Shown here piece after piece: positions 7,729-11,491 of a stretch of 11,491 bases of DNA. The stretch comes from Candidatus Sericytochromatia bacterium (GTDB lineage: Bacteria; Cyanobacteriota; Sericytochromatia; S15B-MN24; JAQBPE01), in NCBI GenBank assembly GCA_035285125.1, contig JAYKHR010000028.1, forward strand, positions 1 through 11,491, written 5' to 3'. How positions within the stretch are numbered: position 1 is the first letter of the stretch; the number at the start of each line of letters is the position of its first letter. The translations under genes were made by a program, and so were the position numbers. The notes below the pieces were generated by a model. It worked only from the letters and a program-made list of their open reading frames with translations. It had not been told where the DNA came from and ran no database searches.

Positions 7729-9657
7729 TCACGAGTTGGGGACGGCGTCGAGCATGCACCGGTACTCGGTCGCGCGGTCGTGGAACTGCTGGTGCCAGAG
7801 CTCGAGGCTCAGCAGCCCCCACGTCTTGCGGGAGAAGCGCGCCTCGGTGCCGAGGTTCTTCAAGACGACCTCGGAGCGGACAAAGGGGCGCTGGCGCGCC
7901 GCCATCGTGTGGAAGGTCTCGAGCACGAAGTCCTTGAGGTCGTGGTCGAACCACTCCTTCAGGGGCACCGGGAAGCCCATCTTGTCGCGGCGGTGGAGGA
8001 TCTCGGGGGGCAGGTCCGCCCCGAAGACCTGCTTGAGCAGGTGCTTCATCTTGCCGTCCTTGAACTTCACGTCGGCGGGGACGGTGGCCGCGAACTCGAC
8101 GAGGGGGTGGTCGAGCAGGGGCACCCGGCTCTCGAGCCCGTGGGCCATGCTCATGCGGTCCTCGACCTGCAGCAACGCCGGCAGCAAGCACTTGAAGTCG
8201 AAGTGCGTCATCTTGTCGAAGTAGGCCTCCTTGCGGACGTTGGCCGGGTTGTTGAAGATCGAGGAGAAGTCCTGGAACACGCGCCCCTGGTCGAGGGCGT
8301 CCCAGGCGATCTCGTCCCGCAGGTCCGTCGAGCGGTCCACGAGGCGGAAGTAGCGCTCGTCCATCGGGCCGAAGAGCCCGTCGCGCCAGAACTCCTTGAT
8401 GAGGGGCTTGTACTCGCGCAGCAGGCCCAGGTTCGGGACGATCGACTCGATGGTGACGACGTAGTTGCCGTTGCGGTACTGGCCGTCGATGGCCGCCTTG
8501 ATGCACTGCTCGAAGTAGGCCACCACGTAGCGCGCGTAGCCCCCGAAGATCTCATCCCCGCCTTGCCCCCCGAGCACGACCTTCAGGTGCCGCGCCGCCA
8601 GCTGGGAGACCATGTACTGGGGGAAGGACCCGGGACCAGCCACCGGGAAGTCGAGGTGGTAGATGACCTGGTGGATGTGCTCGCGGAAGTCGCTCGCCCG
8701 GATGTCGGCCACGTGCAGCTGGCCCTGCGCCTGCCGCGAGGCGGCCTCGGCAAAGGCGCTCTCGTCGTAGCCGGGGTACTCGAGGAAGCGGCCGTGGAAG
8801 CCGAGCGGGGAGGCCACCCCGCTGCGCTGGGCCAGGATGTGCATCAGGCTGGAGTCGATGCCCCCGGACACGTAGGCCCCCACCGGCACGTCGCTCCGCA
8901 GGTGCATCGCCAGCGAGTCTTCCAGCAGCTCGCGCAGCCGGCGGTGGAAGTACGCCGGGCTGTGGTCGAAGTCGATCTCGTAGCTGACGTCCCAGTAGCG
9001 CCAGGTGCGGACCTCGCCCCCCTCCACCACGAGCGCATGCCCCGGCAGGAGCTGGTGGATGCCCTCGAAGAGGGTCTTCTCGCCGATGGTGTACTGGAAG
9101 GTGAGGTACTCCGCGAGGGCCGCCCGGTTCGTGGTGATGGCCGGCAGGAAGGGGAGCAGCGCCTTGGCCTCGGAGGCAAAGTAAAAGACCCCCTCCACGA
9201 CGCAGAAATAGAACGGCTTGATGCCGAACCGGTCGCGCGCGCAGAACAGGCGCTGGCGCGCCTCATCCCAGAGGGCGAAGGCGAACATGCCCCGCAGGTG
9301 GTCGACGCAGGCCTCGCCGTGACGGTCGTAGGCCGCCAGGATGCACTCGGTGTCGGAGCCGGTACGGAACGACCAGCCTTCCGCCAGGCCGTCGCGCAGC
9401 TCCTTGTAGTTGTAAATCTCGCCATTGAAGGTGATGACGGTGCCGGTCGCGCTGCGCATCGGCTGCGCGCCGGCCTCCGTGAGGTCGATGATGGCGAGCC
9501 GGCGGTGCGCCAGCCCGACGGTGCCCTGCCCATGGGCCCAGCGCCCCTCGCCGTCCGGCCCGCGGTGGGCGATCAGGCGGTTCATGGCCGAGAGGGCCGC
9601 ATCGAGGTGGGGCAGCGGCGCGGCGGAAAGGCCTGCAAGGCCTGCGATGCCACACAT
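7729..9657 (-). CDS. asnB: Asparagine synthetase (glutamine-hydrolysing)-like amidotransferase; by context a WbmI/WbpS-type uronic-acid amidotransferase
   Basis: N-terminal MCGIAG (class II Ntn nucleophile Cys), HRGPD, HRRLAIIDL, FNGEIYNY, ARDRFGIKP, SGGIDSS, GQGGDEIFGGY, DRMSMAHGLESRVPLLD, KMGFPVP. Lies directly upstream of wbmH. Confidence 0.9.
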   Translation of the reverse strand: MCGIAGLAGLSAAPLPHLDAALSAMNRLIAHRGPDGEGRWAHGQGTVGLAHRRLAIIDLTEAGAQPMRSATGTVITFNGEIYNYKELRDGLAEGWSFRTGSDTECILAAYDRHGEACVDHLRGMFAFALWDEARQRLFCARDRFGIKPFYFCVVEGVFYFASEAKALLPFLPAITTNRAALAEYLTFQYTIGEKTLFEGIHQLLPGHALVVEGGEVRTWRYWDVSYEIDFDHSPAYFHRRLRELLEDSLAMHLRSDVPVGAYVSGGIDSSLMHILAQRSGVASPLGFHGRFLEYPGYDESAFAEAASRQAQGQLHVADIRASDFREHIHQVIYHLDFPVAGPGSFPQYMVSQLAARHLKVVLGGQGGDEIFGGYARYVVAYFEQCIKAAIDGQYRNGNYVVTIESIVPNLGLLREYKPLIKEFWRDGLFGPMDERYFRLVDRSTDLRDEIAWDALDQGRVFQDFSSIFNNPANVRKEAYFDKMTHFDFKCLLPALLQVEDRMSMAHGLESRVPLLDHPLVEFAATVPADVKFKDGKMKHLLKQVFGADLPPEILHRRDKMGFPVPLKEWFDHDLKDFVLETFHTMAARQRPFVRSEVVLKNLGTEARFSRKTWGLLSLELWHQQFHDRATEYRCMLDAVPNS

Positions 9658-9884
9658 CAGCGGCTGCCCGGTCCGGCCGGGCGAGACGGCGTGACGGCCT
9701 CACCACCCAGCAGGAGGCCCCGGCCAGCCTGCGAGCCGCGCCAAGGGTTGAAAAATGAGCTTGGAGTGCGCATCCCAGAACCTGCAATCGCCTTGTGGGC
9801 TTGGACCTGCCCGGCCCCCATGGATAACATACCGTCCCGGCCAACGCCAGCGCAGCCGTCGCAAAGGCATCAACCCGGAAGATG

Positions 9885-9914
9885 AGGCTACCTTGGCCTG
9901 AAAAACCGCCTCAA
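9885..9914 (-). promoter_or_regulatory. Candidate sigma70-type promoter for the asnB-wbmHGF-wbpI operon
   Basis: Minus strand TTGAGG (9914-9909), 18-nt spacer, TAGCCT (9890-9885), with AT-rich DNA immediately upstream. Motif match only. Confidence 0.3.
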
Positions 9915-10337
9915 CATGACGCCAAGAAATGAAACCCACCACCAGAAGACCACCTAAAACGCAAAAAGATTGGATTCATCCACATCAGTCCAATTAAATG
10001 GTGGAAAAACCGGAGTTCACGAATAAAAAATGCCGGGGTCATTATTTTGACCAACCAGCCGTGACGAACCGCAGGCACCAACTACGCCTGAGACAGGCTC
10101 CAGAACTCCCGGGAAGCCGCCAGAATTGCTCCATAGAGGTGCCGGACCGAGCGCGCCGACACCCCGTCGACAGCTGCGGCCCACCCCTGGCCGCGCCGGC
10201 ATCACAGGCCACCCGCTGGCAGCCACCGTTGAGTCCCAGGCCCCACCACAGCCAGCTGCTCCTTCGCCCGGCTCGCAGGCGGCGGCACCAGCAAAGGCCC
10301 GGGGCCGCCCCCGTCACCCCGCTGATGCACGGAGGGT

Positions 10338-11159
10338 TCAGTCCAGACGCTTGGTGGCCACCACGGTGATCTCGACGGGCCGGTAGCAGCCGTGCAAGAA
10401 GTTCCGCCACGCGGGTCGGCGGCGGCTCAGGCCGGCAGCGAGGGTCGTGAAGGCCTGCATCCCCCGCGGCAAGGGCCATGTGAGCTTCGCGGCGATGAAG
10501 GCCCTGTCGAGGTGCACCGCGCTCACCTCGAAGCCCGCCACTTTCTCGAGCAGGAGCCTCAGGCTCGACTCGTCGAAGTTCCGCAGGTGCGCGAACTGGT
10601 AAGGGAAGTCGGGATGCAGGTAGGGGGCCAGGTCCTCCAGGTAGGGGACCCGGAGCACGGCGGCTCCCCCCGGCCTCAAGACCCGCCGGAGCTCGCGCAG
10701 GGCCTGGTTGAGGTCGACCACGTGCTCCAGCACATCGGTGCATGTGACAACGTCGAAGTACCCATCCTTGTAGGGCAACGCCTCGATGCTCCCCTGCGCA
10801 AGCTCGACGTCGCCCCCCACCAGCCGCTGGAGATAGTTGAGGCTCACGTCGATGCCATGCTTCTCGACGCCCGACACCGACGCCAGTAGCCGCCCGGTGC
10901 CAACACCGATGTCCAGCACCTTGTCGCCAGGCCGAGCGACGGCCCGCAGCGCGGCCTAGGTGTTGCGCTCGATGTCCCGCCAGACCTCCTCCTCGATGAA
11001 GGGATTGCCCTGCGCGCGGTCCGAGGCCTGCAGGTGATCGCTCGAGATGCGCTCGTAGTTTTGCGTGTAGGCATCATCGTGGGCCAGGAAGACCTTGACG
11101 CCAGCCACGACGGCGTTCGGCGTGGTGCGGTAAGCCGCTACGGGCCCCGCTATCGACAT
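10338..11159 (-). pseudogene. Class I SAM-dependent methyltransferase interrupted by one in-frame TAG (10958-10956); pseudogene, readthrough gene or sequence error
   Basis: ATG at 11159 with GGAAGG upstream. The frame reads MSIAG...NPFIEEEVWRDIERNT*AALRAVARPGDKVLDIGVGTG...GIDVS...IEALPYKDGYFDVVTCTDVLEHV...RVLRPGG to TGA at 10340-10338. TAG is codon 68 of 274. The 10919 GTG ORF would begin at motif I with no ribosome-binding site. Confidence 0.75.
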
Positions 11160-11491
11160 GACGGGCCCTTCCACGCAGACCGGCGCCACCACAGCCTGCC
11201 CCAGCGCATCCCGAAGCGCCCGGGCCACGACCTCCTGCGCGTCGCGGCCCAGCTGCGGCCAGATGGGCAAGGAGAGCACCTCGCCGGCCGCGGCCTCGGC
11301 CTCGGGGGCGGACACCCCGAGGGCCTGGTACACGGGCAGCCGGTGGACAGGCACGGGGTAGTACACCATCGTGCCGATGCCGGCCTCGGCGAGGGCCTGC
11401 TGCACGGCGTCGCGGCGGCCCCCGGCGATGCGCACGGTGTACTGGTGGTAGACGTGGTGGGCCCAGGGGGCCTCGGCGGGCAGCGTCAGGC
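10956..11491 (-). CDS. DegT/DnrJ/EryC1/StrS-family PLP sugar aminotransferase, C-terminal part (WbpE/WlbC-like by context), extended in frame to the TAG at 10956
   Basis: Open from the window edge: LTLPAEAPWAHHVYHQYTVRI...RDAVQQALAEAGIGTMVYYPVPVHRLPVY...EVLSLPIWPQL...VVARALRDALG is the standard family C-terminus. Family similarity ends near 11200, but the first in-frame stop is at 10958-10956. Confidence 0.85.
   Translation of the reverse strand, partial: LTLPAEAPWAHHVYHQYTVRIAGGRRDAVQQALAEAGIGTMVYYPVPVHRLPVYQALGVSAPEAEAAAGEVLSLPIWPQLGRDAQEVVARALRDALGQAVVAPVCVEGPVMSIAGPVAAYRTTPNAVVAGVKVFLAHDDAYTQNYERISSDHLQASDRAQGNPFIEEEVWRDIERNT

Noticed and set aside
4778..7937. Plus-strand ORFs 4778..5845, 5836..6816 and 7026..7937
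   Set aside because: Each mirrors a well-supported SDR gene on the minus strand.
9628..9645. Perfect 9-bp tandem repeat AAGGCCTGC x2 (AGL-AGL) at the amidotransferase N-terminus
   Set aside because: In frame, only two copies, and N-terminal length looks normal for the family; no evidence of function.
9819..9827. TTATCCATG on the minus strand, resembling a DnaA box
   Set aside because: Two mismatches to TTATCCACA and only a single copy.
7534..9885. 783-aa plus-strand ORF
   Set aside because: Antisense shadow of the amidotransferase gene; high-GC codon bias removes stops on the opposite strand, and it has no recognisable motifs.
9880..9912. Possible ops/JUMPstart element (GGCGGTTTTT, AAGGTAGCC on the minus strand)
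   Set aside because: Does not match the GGCGGTAG core.
9700..10386. Small ORFs in the intergenic region (9700..9942, 9998..10369, 10017..10226, 10126..10386)
   Set aside because: Atypical codon use, low-complexity translations, no clear ribosome-binding sites or motifs.
1..11491. Mobile elements, CRISPR arrays, tRNA/rRNA genes
   Set aside because: No transposase or integrase motifs, spaced direct repeats, or structural-RNA signatures were seen.

Overview
High-GC bacterial surface-polysaccharide (O-antigen-like) locus made of two convergent blocks. Plus strand: the 3' part of an AlgI/PatA-type MBOAT O-acyltransferase, a long hairpin with a candidate promoter, then two tandem, mutually similar CgeB/YkvP-like putative glycosyltransferases. 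Minus strand (read right to left): the C-terminus of a DegT/WbpE-like sugar aminotransferase, a class I SAM methyltransferase, a 680-bp intergenic region with an AT-rich core, then a tightly coupled operon. That operon holds an asparagine-synthetase-like amidotransferase, three extended SDRs I recognise as close homologues of Bordetella WbmH, WbmG and WbmF, and a WbpI/WlbD-type UDP-sugar 2-epimerase. Together these suggest a pathway to a 2,3-diacetamido-2,3-dideoxy-L-galacturonic acid/amide glycan that may be O-acylated. The main anomaly is at the right end: the aminotransferase has no stop of its own and runs in frame into the methyltransferase, which is interrupted by one in-frame TAG; every other called gene ends in TGA. 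All family assignments come from recalled motifs, not database searches.
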